Below are positions 33,581 through 48,531 of a stretch of 64,000 bases of DNA, piece by piece (position 1 is the first letter of the stretch; each line of letters opens with the position of its first letter). The DNA lies in assembly GCF_009914755.1 (NCBI RefSeq), contig NC_060947.1; one strand, 5' to 3'. The notes under the pieces were generated by a model that saw nothing but the letters and a program-made list of their open reading frames with translations, was not told the origin of the DNA and made no database searches. Position numbers and translations under genes: made by a program. Source of the stretch: the human T2T-CHM13v2.0 reference genome, Homo sapiens.

Positions 33581-33689
33581 AATAATCTGAACATGATCTG
33601 CTCAAAAGCTTTCACTAGTTCCTCAGTGTCTTCAAGATAAAGGGGAACAAACATTTAGGGAACACATTGTTCATCAAGACCTTTGTTAT

Positions 33690-34275
<586 letters not shown>

Positions 34276-34307
34276 CAGGAAAATATATGTTTTTAACAAG
34301 CAATCAA

Positions 34308-34612
34308 GGCTGGGTGTGGCAGCTCACACCAGTAATCCCAGCACTTTGGGAGGCCAAGATAGGAGGATTGCTTGAGCCCAGGAGTTCGAGACCAGTCTGC
34401 ACAACATAGTGAGCCCCACTCTTAAAAAGTAAAAAGTTTTTAATTAGCCAGGTGTGGTGGCATGTGTCTGTAGTCCCAGCTACTCAGGGGGCTAAGGCAG
34501 GAGGATCACTTGAGCCCAGGAGGTTAAGACTTCAGTAAGCTATGATCATGACACTGTATTCCGTCCTGGGTAACAGAGCAAGACCTTGTCTCTATAAAAA
34601 ATTATAAAAAAT
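34308..34612 (+). mobile_element. AluJ-like element
   Basis: ggctgggtgtggcagctcac...gaggattgcttgagcccaggagttcgag...A-rich tail. Confidence 0.9.
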
Positions 34613-35370
34613 AAACATCACACTTACTTTAGCTCCTACTATGTAGAAAGCAGTAAAACACAAGGCTAAGAATTTGGGCACAGTTGCAGGGTATATTCAA
34701 GGAAGCAGCGGGTATGGTCCCTGCCCTCTGGCAGTTCGCCATCTACCCAGAAAAGATTTAAGCAGCAGGTGGTTAAAGTGAGGGAACCCTTTTTCAGTTT
34801 GGGTGTCACCTCTGATTATTTTGCTGTCGCTTTCCCTATGACATGATTATTTTGCTTTCCTTCCCCTCCCCTGAGTATCTATCTCCCTTTGGTGTACATG
34901 TGTTTGCAAAGCTATTTTGAAGTAAATAACACTCTCTTAGAGCTGCAACAGAGGCTCTAACAGGTGAAACCCTAGGGAGCTGCAGCTGTACTAACCACAG
35001 GGGACGTGGGGTTTGTAGAGCAGGGAGCAGGAGGAAGAAGGAACGAGAGCAGTATTTGGAGAATGAAATTTGATTTTAAAGTCATCAGTGACTTATTTGG
35101 AAGGACCTTCCTCACACTTCACTATGCTAGAATTATCTCTTAAGTAGATGACCGGGATAAGCACAGCACCTCAGTCTGCCCAGCCTAGGGCTTTTGCTCT
35201 GCTGGAGGATTTGCCTTGCCCACTGGAAGAGTCCACAGAAATAAACCTCTCTTGAACTTCTTGCTTAGGGTTGGGATGGGTAGGTGTTTAACTCAGACCA
35301 TTCTGATGTGAAGGCAGTACAAAGACACTGAGTAAGTTAGAGTTCCAGGGATGACCTTGTTCTATACTTG

Positions 35371-35402
35371 TATTTAATTTAATTTAATTTAATTTAATTT
35401 AT
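35371..35402. repeat. (ATTTA)n pentanucleotide repeat
   Basis: tatttaatttaatttaatttaatttaattta. Confidence 0.9.
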
Positions 35403-38400
35403 TGAATGAGTAAAGCAAAGACCCTTGTGCTCCAAAGGTTGCCAAGAGGCTCAAGAGTACAGTTGTAGAAATAGCTTTTGAAAGTCCGTTCGGGCTAGCC
35501 TGGCTGCATTCTTTGCAGCCATAGGATGGCATTCAGGTAGTTTGGGAGTCCTGGCCTCCTGACTGGCCATCTGCCATCTCAGTTGTCTTAGGAAGGAAAT
35601 CATGTTAGAGCATCTGTAGTCTTGATTCAAGAAACAATGTCAGACATATTGGCTTGTTCATTAAAGAAGGCTGGAGAATGCTCATTCCTGTCAACAAGCA
35701 GACATTAATTGTGCAACTACTCTGCTTTGCCCAGGGTGGTGCTTGGTGGAGCCTGACTTGGTCTTGCTTGTTAATGAGTTTCAATAGTGGATTAAGATGC
35801 CAATGGGGAAATATTGGCAGGCTTCACTATCTGATAGAATTTGGGGGTGGGGATAATATGTATTTTAAAAAGCAACAATAATGTATGTAAGTGTTCAGGG
35901 CTACCAGAGGGTGGGGCAGAGCTTCCTGCATCAGTGATTTCTAGAACTACCTATTCCCAAACACTAGTCCTGGGCTTGCACTCATAATCCCTCAGCTCAT
36001 CCTATCATCTGCAAGTGCTGTGAGCCCCAAACAGTCGCTCATTGCGGGCTAATTGGTCCTTGAATGCCTCTCCAACATCATAATTGCCATAAGGCCTGAC
36101 ACTTTGAGACAGACAAAGGAGGAAGGTGCTCTTAACCTGCTCTCCATGCACCTTTCTTCAAGATACACCAGGGAGGCCCGATCACTCCTTTTGTGTTGAC
36201 CCACACTGTGCCTGTCTGAGTGCTCGGGTTTGTGCTGTTAGGCTGCTCTTCAGAGGCTGCTGGAAATTTAATTCTTACTAAGGTCAAGGGCTGATGAGTG
36301 ACTGTTGCTTTATAACTTTCTGTGCATGCTTTATACAGACTGGGCAAGGGATGGGCTGCTTAGTTGTCAAATAATGTGTGCCCTTTATCCAGTACTTTCT
36401 GGCCAAAGGAATAAAGTGATATCTTAGGCCCCAGTTACTATGGGAGGGAACACTCTCAGGGTTAGAAACTAGGGAGTAACTGGGAGGGTCTTCTGTGGAC
36501 ACTCCATCCCCTGTAGCTAGGTCTCACCCACCATTCACAAGGATTCAGAATCCCACATGAAGCATAAGACATGGTCTCAGTTTTCAAAGGGCTTCCACTT
36601 TGGCGGTGTAATATGAAACATTAAAAAAACCTTGCAAGAATTAAATAGCAATAAGTAGAAAATATAAAGAAAGGTTGCTGCCAAATGTGGTAGCAAATAC
36701 AGTATGGATTTAGAAGAATGAAATTTGGAGTGGGCAGGATCACAAAGCTGGGAGAGACTTAGGCTGGGCCTCAGAGGAGTTGCTGAGCTGGGTGAGGGGA
36801 CTGACGGAGCATCTCAGGCTATAGACAGATGGCTCGAGCCACAGGTAGAGAGGTGGGCACAATACTAGGTTATTTTAGCAGAAGCAACCCCTTGCCTTTG
36901 AGGCTATAGCGCTAAAATGCTCATTTGCTTTGCATCGAGAAACCTGCTTGACCAGTTTCCTTCTTAGTTACCATTTGCTTTGCGTTCCGGTTCATTAAGA
37001 CATCACGGTGGCTGTGCCAAGTGCTTATAATTTCTCTGGATCTTTCCAACCCAAATCTCACAATTTAGGATCTCAACTGCAAGGACTTTTGCCTGATAAT
37101 CTGTTTACTTTGAGCTGGTTATATTCTTGCTTTTCCATCCAGCAGAGAGGACCCAGCTGAAAGGAAGACTGGACAAAGTCCTCTAGAGCACGTACATTAT
37201 CCCTGTGGGTGGGTGCATGCATCCCTTCGAGGATATTTTTAAAGGTCACCTCTTAAACAACATTGTCTTTCAAGACCTTTGGGAACACTTTCTCCTTAGG
37301 GAGACAAGCAGCAGCCTTGAGAGCTAGAGTGCTGAAGATGAGCTCAAGAACTCAAACCTGCACATCCCCTGGAAGTTGCATCTGCTCTTCATGGTGGTAT
37401 GACAGCTCTGGAAAGCTGTTTTGTAGCCTACCATCACTTTGTTTTTACATGTCACATTTTCCCTGGGCTACACTCTTTCCCTTGCTCTTAAATAATGTAA
37501 TATTTTTCTGGCCTGGCGTTGATGTTTGAAAAGTTCCAGGAATACCCAGGCTCTGGCTCTCCCTGGCTTCGTAGAGATATGTGGCCATAACTAAGAAGTA
37601 ACATATTCAGGGGCAGATCATCTTTCTTGTACATCAAGCACTGTGACTTCAGGCTGGGGATGGTAATATATTTCCATGAATTTTATTCTCTCATGGCACA
37701 GTGTTTTCCTCTGATGTGACCAGTCCCTAACTTGGAGGCCTCAATGAAATTATTTTTATCTTACGTACAGAAGGAATATGAGTTTTTGAGACTTCCTTCT
37801 ACTCTCCCAACACATTATCTTGTCAGATAAGCTGAAACACACACAGATATGCATGCATGTGCGCATGTGCACACACACAAGCACACACATAATGAGACCA
37901 GGGTGGCAGTTGGTTAATTGCGGCCTTTCTTTAGGTATTAAGAGACAAATACCTTTTGCTTTTTTTTTTTTTTTTTTTTCATGCTCACTCTAATTTTGAG
38001 TCAGGTTGAAATGGTTGGTTGCTATGTCATGTGGGCCTTGCATGTGTAGGACTTCCGTCCTGGGACAGTGGTTCAGCCTGATTTGAAAGGGGAGTATCTG
38101 CCTTGACTTTCTCTAGTGCCTGCCCTAAGGATAAAAGGAGGAAGAGGAGAATATATCAGTGTTGTGGAAAAAGGTATTCCTTCTTCCTCTCATCAAACCT
38201 ACCATGAGCCATTTATTTGTGAGAGGTGCCAGTCCCTGTCACTTCATTAGGATTCCAGGGTGTTCCTAAGACAGACTGTCACTGCTAGATGGCCACAGTT
38301 TAGCTGCTTCTTAAAGATCTTAGGAAAGCAGTCAATATTTTTAAAAAAATTATTAAGGTCTAATTTACATACTTTTTTTGGTTACACGAAATATATCTCA

Positions 38401-38955
38401 TGGGAGAAGTTGTTTGACTTTAGTACGCTGGCCTACTCTCTTTTACTGGTTTTATTTCCACATGAAAGTTTAGCCTGATAATGGGATAAGAAAGCTGAGG
38501 TAATGAAGTTGGTCCCATAAAGCCTACTAAATGAATGTCAAACTCCTTAGCTGGACAGTGCAGGCTGTCCACAGTCAGGCCCCAACCTGCCATTCTCTGA
38601 GGCCCAGCCAGACTTGGATGCACGGCTGATCCCTGAAAATAACCCTGTGCTTCTTGCCTCCAGACCTTTGCTTACACTGTTCTCTTTAGCTGGAAGGACC
38701 TCTCCCCAGCTCTACCTTTTGAAATCCTAAATCTTCATTGAGAACCAATTCAAAAAGCAGTATCTCCTTGTAGCTTCCCCAAACTAGATGTGATCTGTAC
38801 TCCCTGTGAATCCTTCTAGGCCTTGGTTTGTCCTCCTTTTGGGCTTCTTGCTACAACATCCTTAGTATACTACACCCTCTGTCACCTAGTAAGCTCCACA
38901 AGACAATAAACTTTGTTCTTGTATCTCCCATGTATCTAACACATACTCCGTGTAA

Positions 38956-39619
<664 letters not shown>

Positions 39620-40483
39620 GATAATTAGCTTTTTTTGAAAAAGCACATGTGACTGTGACTTAGGCCTTATGAAATTTTCTGAGATAGAAGAGCCCTGGTC
39701 TGAGAGTCACCCAGTGTGCAGTTCTAGATGAGGCTGTGTGCATATCTGGGCCTGGCTTTCATTGTCTTTGAGGAAATTTTCTAGCTTAGTCAAACAAAAT
39801 TTAAGCAGGAAAAAGAGGCAAAGTAGATTTAGAGAAAATCCACATCATGGGTTTGGAAAACAAATAAAAGTTATGACAAAGGAAGGGATTGTTGAGGGAA
39901 TTGGGAATGTTTAGCCTGGTAGAGAAGATCTAGGAAAGACTCAGACTCATTAAATACTAGAGCTGGAAAGAAACTTAGAGAGTATCTAAGGGATTTCCTT
40001 TATCAGATAGAAAGTTGGACAAAATGACCTCTGAGGCTTTAGCGGTCTGCAAAATTCTTTTTCTATTTGCAGTTCTGATTGATAGAAAAGGAAATTCTTG
40101 TTCAATTTTTTTGCATTCTCAACTGTGAATAATAGTCTAGTTCAGAATCTCAAACCTCAGATACTACATTTCTATGTCTTTTACAAAACCATAGCTTAAA
40201 AAAGCATTGTCCATCCTGTTCATATTTCTTGTCCATTCAGTATTCATAAATTCATCAAACAAAATCCAGATAGACTTGGGTACCATTTTTTATTGGGAAA
40301 TTAGAGTTAGACAACTTCCTTTTTTGCCTTGTTTGCCAGGGAACTTAGAACCAAACGTGTTCCTCATCTGAAGTAAATGACTCAAACCAGTGCTTGATAT
40401 ATCTGCTTCCCCACTTTTTTTTTAATTGACTTAATGTTTTTTGAAAATTGTGAAAGGAACACATGCTGTGGTTAAAAACATAA

Positions 40484-41473
<990 letters not shown>

Positions 41474-42217
41474 CCTAAATTCATTTTAACATCTTCCTTC
41501 CTTCTCTCACCAAACTAATTTGTGCTTAATTCAAGTTCTGTTCTTTTCCTTACTATATTTGTTCTAATCTTTGAAACCCATAATGACATCCAGTGTTTCT
41601 CATTGTCACTGAGAATGAGGTTGCTTCATGATGCTCTTCTTAGTAGGAGTGGCTGACAGAATGTCTTCCTTGCTTTAGGAAATGCAGGACTCAGGCAGTG
41701 AGAATGCATTCAGTTTTGATTCTGTCACACATAGCCCGGAATGCACCTCTCGGACAGCACCTCCTTGTCTGCTGCCTCTGCCATTCTCCTTACTGCTTTG
41801 AGTGTGTAAATTGAGGGGAAAAAAGGGCTTTTTGTTAGAGTTTGGGTATTTTCATTTTCAAATCATCTGACGCTGATTTTTAAGAACTCTGTTTCAAGAG
41901 CTGTAAGCAGTAGGTGAGTATTTCACTCTTCATGGTTTTACTACATCCTATCTCATTTGGGCTTGCATATGGTAAGATAGTGTGTTTTACTTGCAGCTTC
42001 CAACTGAGCCAAAGGCCACAGTATTGCAGGTAGAAGTCAAAGTCTTGGAACTAGATTTTGGGCTGTGTGTGCAAAGGTGTGAAAACACCTTATTAACAGA
42101 GAATATGAAGAAGACAGCCTAGATTGCAGGTAGAAAAATACAAACTTCTCACTGAAATCACCCATTTGTGGTGACTCCATATGAAGACAGGTTCCACTGG
42201 ATGTGAAAAGTAGAAAC

Positions 42218-42523
42218 TTTTTTTTTGGCTTTTTTTTTTTGAGACAGAGTCTTGCTCTGTCGCTTAGGCTGGGGTGCAGTGTCGTAATCTTGGCTCACTG
42301 TAACCTCCACCTCTCAAGTTCAAGTGATTCTCCTGCCTCAGCCTCCCGAGTAGCTGGGACTGCAGGCATGCAACATCACACCCGGCTAATTTTTGTAGTT
42401 TTAGTAGAGATGGGGTTTCACCATATTGGCCAGGCTGCTCTTGAACTCCTGACCTCAGGTGATCCACCCGCCTCAGCCTCCCAAAGTGCTGGGATTACAG
42501 GCGTGAGCCTCTGCGCCCGACCT
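42218..42523 (-). mobile_element. Alu
   Basis: Alu consensus. Confidence 0.93.
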
Positions 42524-42769
42524 CCTAAGGCTCTTTTGATGTGTCACTCCTCTCAGATTTCCAGGGGCCACTAGATCTTGTCTATTCAAGGGCTTCCAAA
42601 ATTTGCTTCAGACCTTTATTTCCAATACCATTTCCTAGGACTTCTAGCATCAGCCAAGCTGGTGTCCTTTTCCATAAGCCTGGATTGTATAGCTCCCTCC
42701 CCACCTTCTCCCACCTTCCCTTTTATTTCTTTACTCTGCATCATTTATAGCATGTCACAACAGCATGTC

Positions 42770-42930
42770 TTGTCAGAAGACCTGGGTTTTGTCCCAGGTT
42801 GGTTAGATGTATGACCTAGGTCAAACTATTTTTTCCTCCCTGAACCTCTGTTTCCCCATATGTAAGAGAAAGAGACCGCACTAGGTGACTTCTATGGTCC
42901 CATTGGTCTTTTCAACCCTACCATTCTGTG
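42770..42930 (+). mobile_element. MIR-like fragment
   Basis: gtcagaagacctgggttt...tgtatgacctaggtcaa...ctgaacctctgtttccccatatgtaa. Confidence 0.65.
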
Positions 42931-43416
42931 CTTTTTCTTTGGCTGCCCGAGGACATAGGGCCCTTTCTTTAGTGCTTCAGGAGTGTTTACCAGTCATTGT
43001 TTGGGATTGTAGTTAACATTTTTTGTCCTCTCTTTAGCTACTTTTTGAAGATATGTTTGTGAACTGAGAAAGCGCCCTGCTAGAGCTAGTTTCCTAGGAT
43101 GTGGGTGAGGGAGAGGGCTATTGAGCGAGTTCTACTTTGGACTTTTATCTTGCATCCAGAAGCCAAGAGGAGATGGGGTTTGTAAAATATTTTCTCTTAT
43201 GCTTCTTATTGGGAGAATGAGATGTTTCTTTGAAAGCGGGTGCATATTTACCACTTTGGCTCAGAAAGAAGGATGTGGTCTCCTGGAGACATCCTTCTAG
43301 TATACTGTGAGGCTGCTATGTCTGTGCTGTTTGGGTTGGCCTTCCATCTTTTCAAGGTGCCAGTGTCTTGGCATTTAGGGTTGGATGATCACTTCATCTT
43401 TCACTGTGCCTTTCAG

Positions 43417-43593
43417 GGCCCTGTTTGATTATGATCGGACTCGGGACAGCTGCCTGCCAAGCCAGGGGCTCAGCTTCTCTTATGGTGACATTCTGCATGT
43501 CATTAATGCCTCTGATGATGAGTGGTGGCAGGCAAGGCTGGTGACCCCACACGGAGAAAGTGAGCAGATCGGTGTGATCCCCAGTAAGAAGAG
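43417..43593 (+). CDS. DLG3: DLG3 exon 11 ([59 protein letters not shown]), SH3
   Basis: tttcag|G ... GAG|gtgagt; 177 nt. Confidence 0.97.
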
Positions 43594-43830
43594 GTGAGTC
43601 GTCATGATCATGAGCAAGGCCTTTCCTGCCCTCTTGCTGGTATTTCTTTCTTGTTTTCCTATTAGAAGTTGCTTGAGAGCAACGTTTGTGCCTTGATTCC
43701 TTTTTGGTAGAGTCGGTACTCAACATGGTTTTTACTCAGTGAGCCAAAAAAATGGCTGCTGTGCCTGCTGCAACCCACTGCTGAGACCATTTACTGGCAG
43801 TAACAGGACTTCTTTCTGATTCCAAAACAG

Positions 43831-43906
43831 GGTGGAAAAGAAAGAAAGAGCTCGATTGAAAACTGTGAAGTTCCATGCCAGGACGGGGATGATTGAGTCT
43901 AACAGG
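43831..43906 (+). CDS. DLG3: DLG3 exon 12 (VEKKERARLKTVKFHARTGMIESNR), Hook
   Basis: aaacag|G ... AGG|gtaagt; 76 nt; ends in phase 0. Confidence 0.96.
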
Positions 43907-44685
43907 GTAAGTGGGGATCCCCAAGGAAATCAGCCAGTAGGTAAAGAGGGTTGAGAAGCCTGGAGTTTAGTCTGATGTGTAGGAGAACTGGGGAACACAA
44001 AAGAAAATCTCTTTTTCAGGGGGCTGGCTCTGTCCTATCAGAACATTGACTGCTTTTCAGAAAGCAGAGAGGGAGCTCTTAAAGTTCACAGCCAGTCTGT
44101 GCTCCTTTCCCCTGGGTACCGGCTCTTGAAGATGTGTTAGAGTTGGACTGTCTGGAAGGCTGACTTGCTTGGGGAAAATGAAACCACTCGTGGGTGTCTC
44201 CCTGGCTATAGATCCTGTCAGAGCATCCGGCCAAGAAGCCCAGCTCCAGAGCTCCCACCTCCCTTCAGACCACCTGAGGCAGGCGGGTTCTCCATTCACC
44301 CCTTTTTTTCTATGAGCTTCACAGGCCAAAGAACTTCTGGAGCAGTAGAGGGAAGAGAGACGTGGAGTAGATGTGTATATCAGTGGTACCTTAGGGCATG
44401 TGTCCAGGAGGCTACAGTGACCTTTGTTCTTTAGGAAGTACCAGTGAGTGTTATGAGTGTCTGGATTATGTAGAAACTTCTAACATCCCTACAACATTTT
44501 CTTGTAAACATAATTTTCCTCTTACATCAACTTTCATTTAATCTCATAGACTCCATTTGTGAGAGATGGTCTTTTATTTAGCTCACCGTTGTCTCCATTT
44601 TAGTTTTTCTTGCATGCTTTAAAATCCATTGTTCTGTTTTTTTTTTTCTTCTGTCCTTCCCCTCCATCTTCATGTTCTTTCACAG

Positions 44686-44785
44686 TCGATCAAAACGAAA
44701 CGTAAAAAGAGTTTCCGCCTCTCTCGAAAGTTTCCATTTTACAAGAGCAAAGAAAACATGGCCCAGGAGAGCAGCATACAGGAAC
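44686..44785 (+). CDS. DLG3: DLG3 alternative Hook exon, 100 nt (SIKTKRKKSFRLSRKFPFYKSKENMAQESSIQE), homologous to the DLG1 I3 insert
   Basis: tcacag|TCG ... AAC|gtaagt; phase 0-1; SRKFPFYK motif shared with DLG1/DLG2. Confidence 0.92.
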
Positions 44786-46717
44786 GTAAGTAGCAGCAGA
44801 GTCCAGAGAGCAGGCCATCTGCAGCCCCATCCTCTCATCCTCAGTTGCCCTTCCCTCGAGAGAAGCCTGGGCAGGGCCACGTGTGGCCTCGTGCCTGCCT
44901 GTGTGCGTGTGCACCTGCTTATCTACAGAGTCAGGGCAGAAACTGGTCTGCCTAAGGAGATGTTGGGTTTTATTTGTCCTGCTCCTCAGTTAGAATGAAT
45001 GTTGGAGGCACTGAGGTGGGACTGGTCCCAGGGTCAGCCTCCAGGAAGTGCCTGGCACTAGCAGTGGAAGTGCCAGACAGAGCTCTGCTGTGGTGGTGAG
45101 GAACGGTTTTTTAGCTAGACTGTCAGGGTCAGGAAAATGGTTTTTCAAGAGAACAAGGTCTAGGGACTCAGTGTTGCTCTCCTGGTTTCTTCCTCTTGTG
45201 TTTTCTTTCCCTTAACTTCACTCATGTATGTCAAGAGAAGAGCCTTTTCTTCCCAGGATCCCTGGAGTTGGGGCTACTTCTGGAATCCCATGCACGTGCA
45301 TAAGCATACAGGATATCCACACAACTCTCAGCAGACTCGCTGTCATCCTAGAGTGCCTACAGAGCCAGTTTTCCCAGGAGAATCCTTCCTGCTTAAATGA
45401 GTTGACATGGAAGGAGTGTTGCTCCACATTGTTCAAATAAAGATCTATTGAGAAACACAAAGTTGGTTCGGTAGGAAGAGCAGTCACACTGAGCTAAATT
45501 CAACGGAAGAAGAAATTTAATCCTGATAAATCTTCTTGCTCTACCGTGTGCCTCAGCAATTAACTGCTCCAACCTTAACCTTAAACACCAGGTCTGGCTT
45601 GAAAAATGTCTTCTCACTTGTCTCATCATGAACAGTAAACATCTCTCATTTACCAGTGACTCCTCTGTCTTACATGGAGGGATCTTGGGGTCTTGGTCTA
45701 TTGGGGCTGGCAGGAGACTGACTGGTTCTGATAGGAAATGTCCTTCTGTCAGGCCAGCTTGGTCCACAGTCATGGTATGTGTAAGTCATTGCTATCTGGG
45801 GTGGCACCTGGTGGACAGAAGGGTGCCCTCATCTAGATGGCAGCCACGGCTCATCATCCTGGAGTAGTTCAATGAGAAGCCATAGACGGGGTGGCTCTGC
45901 TCATGAGCAGTTAGGAGACAGTCTGAGTCAGAGGCCTGAGGTGATGTCACCATAGTTTCATCAGATGAGTCCCAGAGTCCCTCCATGCCAAGCCCAGCCT
46001 GGGGAGGTGTTCATTGCTCAGTGGTCCCGCCTGGTGGGCGAGGGGGTATCTACTGGATGACAGAGTTGAAGGTGCCTAGTGCTTCTCCAGAAGCTGAGCT
46101 CATCCCCCAAGATCTGTCCAGCTCAGGGCAGCTTTGGAGGCCACACTCTACACCATGCGAAACTTTTCCTGAAGGGTTTGAACAGAGTGAATCAGTATTG
46201 GGCAAAGGCTTCTTGAGGTGATGGCAATTCTATCTGCCTACCTGGCACACGCGGACATTTGCTCTTTCACGCACTGCAGAGGGAAATGGTGATTTCAGGG
46301 GCAAACAGAGACCTGGGCTCCACAACCAAAATTTAGTCAAAGCAGGTGCTCTAAGCCTTGGAGTGTCACCTGTCCTGTCCCATTGGCCTACAGCTGTAGA
46401 CACCTCAGAAAGCTAGTCTACTCCAAGGCCCTCTGGCAATGAATTGGGCAGCATGAAGTCTTGATGTCTTATCTGCCCTGGGATGTTCTTTCTGTGGCAA
46501 AGTTCCTGGCCTCACTATAGTGCTAGGTCTTCATGGTGTTTCATAATTCTGTCACTAGTGCTCACCTACCTCTGTATTCTTCCTCCCCCCTTGTCTTTTT
46601 CTCTATTTTTTCTCTTCTCCCCAAATCTCTCCCTCTCTTCCATTCCCTCCCATCCCTTCCCCTTCCCCCCTCTTCTCCCCGTCGTCCTCTCTCCGCCCTT
46701 GCTGTCTGTGAAATCAG

Positions 46718-46763
46718 GACTTCCCGGGGTTAAGTGACGATTATTATGGAGCAAAGAACCTGA
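46718..46763 (+). CDS. DLG3: DLG3 exon 13, 46 nt (DFPGLSDDYYGAKNL), alternative to the 100-nt exon
   Basis: aatcag|GAC ... TGA|gtaagt; phase 0-1; part of the canonical 817-aa protein. Confidence 0.94.
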
Positions 46764-48489
46764 GTAAGTCCAACTTACACACCGTTCACTGTACTTGTGG
46801 CATGAATGGAGATAGTGGGGGTGGGGCTATTGGGGACATGGGTGAGGGTGAAGGGTGAGGGGAGGGCAGTGTTTGTGAGCACTCTGACATCACAGCAGGA
46901 AGAAGTGCATGTGGCTCCATATGTTACATGTTTGCTATGGATCCCTAGTACCCAAATAAGTCCATATCATTCATGCCTTTGTTTACCTTTTGCTACTCAA
47001 AGTGGGAGGGCGTGAGCATGGCATCCCACCTTAGAAGTGAAGTAAGCTTGAAATGTTTCTCCAAGGTAACCACTCAGCTAATCTCTAGCCTATTGTCGAA
47101 GGGAGGGGTGCCTGCTGGTTGGATTCTTCTCCCAGTGATACCACGCTAAAGAATTGGGTGTAGGAATTGCAGCTGTTAACAGTCCTCTAACTAGGGGCAA
47201 GGGTACTGTGACCCCTTTTTCCCAACCTGCATCTGAGATGTCCCAGCAGATCCCGGGCCTCAGCAAACAGCCACTGTTTGGCTTCCCACAGAGCACCTGT
47301 AAGGGGTTGAGCTGGTCTGCTAGGGGCCTCAGCATCATTTATGGACCATATATAGTTAGTGCTTTATCTCAGGAAAACTCCAACCTCATTTTCCTTTCTG
47401 GAAAAGAATCCTGGAGTGGAAAATGAAAAAGACCTAGATGATGAGGCCTTAGTGGCCATCCTGCTGCGTGCAAGGGTGCACAGACACCAAATGGGTTCTA
47501 TCAGCATATACTCTCCTTCAATAAATAATACAGACCAAAGGCAAAGGAGTTGCCCATGGGGATTGTTCAGGAACTAGCCATGTGTGGCAACTCAGCCAGT
47601 CCTTTCTGGGTGGGGGGGCCACAGCATATCATGGTCTGGAACAGTGTGGTCTTGGCTGAAATGAGCAGCATCTCTCTCCATAGTTTGGTGTGTCCATGTC
47701 TCATCTTCATTCGCGTGTCATCTTGGATGGGCGGGCTTTGTTTGTGCCTCCTACGAGCGCTGCTCCTCCGCCTGAGCTTTCTTTTCCCTCACCACTAAGA
47801 GATGGGCAGATCCCAGCTGTGTGAGACAGGAGGGCTGCCTTGTCCTCAAGGTGTTTTTGTTGGTTTTGTTGTCTGTGTTTTGACATATGTGTCTGGTGGT
47901 GGATGGAGATGCTTCCCCTCTCACCACTGAAGCCAGGCTCTCCTGCTTTGGAGTGGTGGCAGGAAGGCTGGGGAGCCCACCGAATGGTCAGAGCAGCGCT
48001 CCCTGGTGTCTGCTTAACCCATCCAGCGTTTGGCCTCTTAGTTGTGGAGTGCCACATGGTTCTGTACTTCAGGGGCTCTGTTGGGCGGGGGACACCCATG
48101 AGCAGACTGGTCCCTGGACTTCTCTTTGCTCCTGTCACTGTCTTTTCTTTCCTGTTGTTAGCCTTGGGAGATGCATTTTGAAATACGATTTGGAAACCAT
48201 CCAGGTCAATTTGATTCAGATGAAGAGGATGCTGCTGAAGGAAGTATGGCTTGTAGTACATAGGGAGGGACTTGGCAGACCAAGAGGGCTCTGGGGACAA
48301 GTACGAGAGGGCCAGGGGCTCAGGATTGGAGCTGTGCCTCCCAGTTGGTAGCCTGGATGTGGCAGGCCTCTGGTGGCCTGACTCAGTTGGCAGCTCAGTG
48401 TCTCGCTCCTGGAGCATTTGAGTTTTGTGCTGCATGTGACCTCTCAGTGGTGTGTTCTGAATTGGAGTCTCTTTCTTGTTGGCTTGCAG

Positions 48490-48531
48490 AGGGAGTGACA
48501 TCCAACACCAGTGACAGCGAAAGCAGTTCCA
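48490..48531 (+). CDS. DLG3: DLG3 optional 42-nt cassette exon (GVTSNTSDSESSS), homologous to the DLG1 I5 insert
   Basis: ttgcag|AG ... CCA|gtaagt; phase 1-1, frame-preserving; resembles DLG1 HVTSNASDSESSY. Confidence 0.92.

Noticed and set aside
45830-45843. CTCF-like word CATCTAGATGGCAG between the mutually exclusive exons
   Set aside because: Two mismatches in the 5' core of the consensus; cannot be supported without ChIP data
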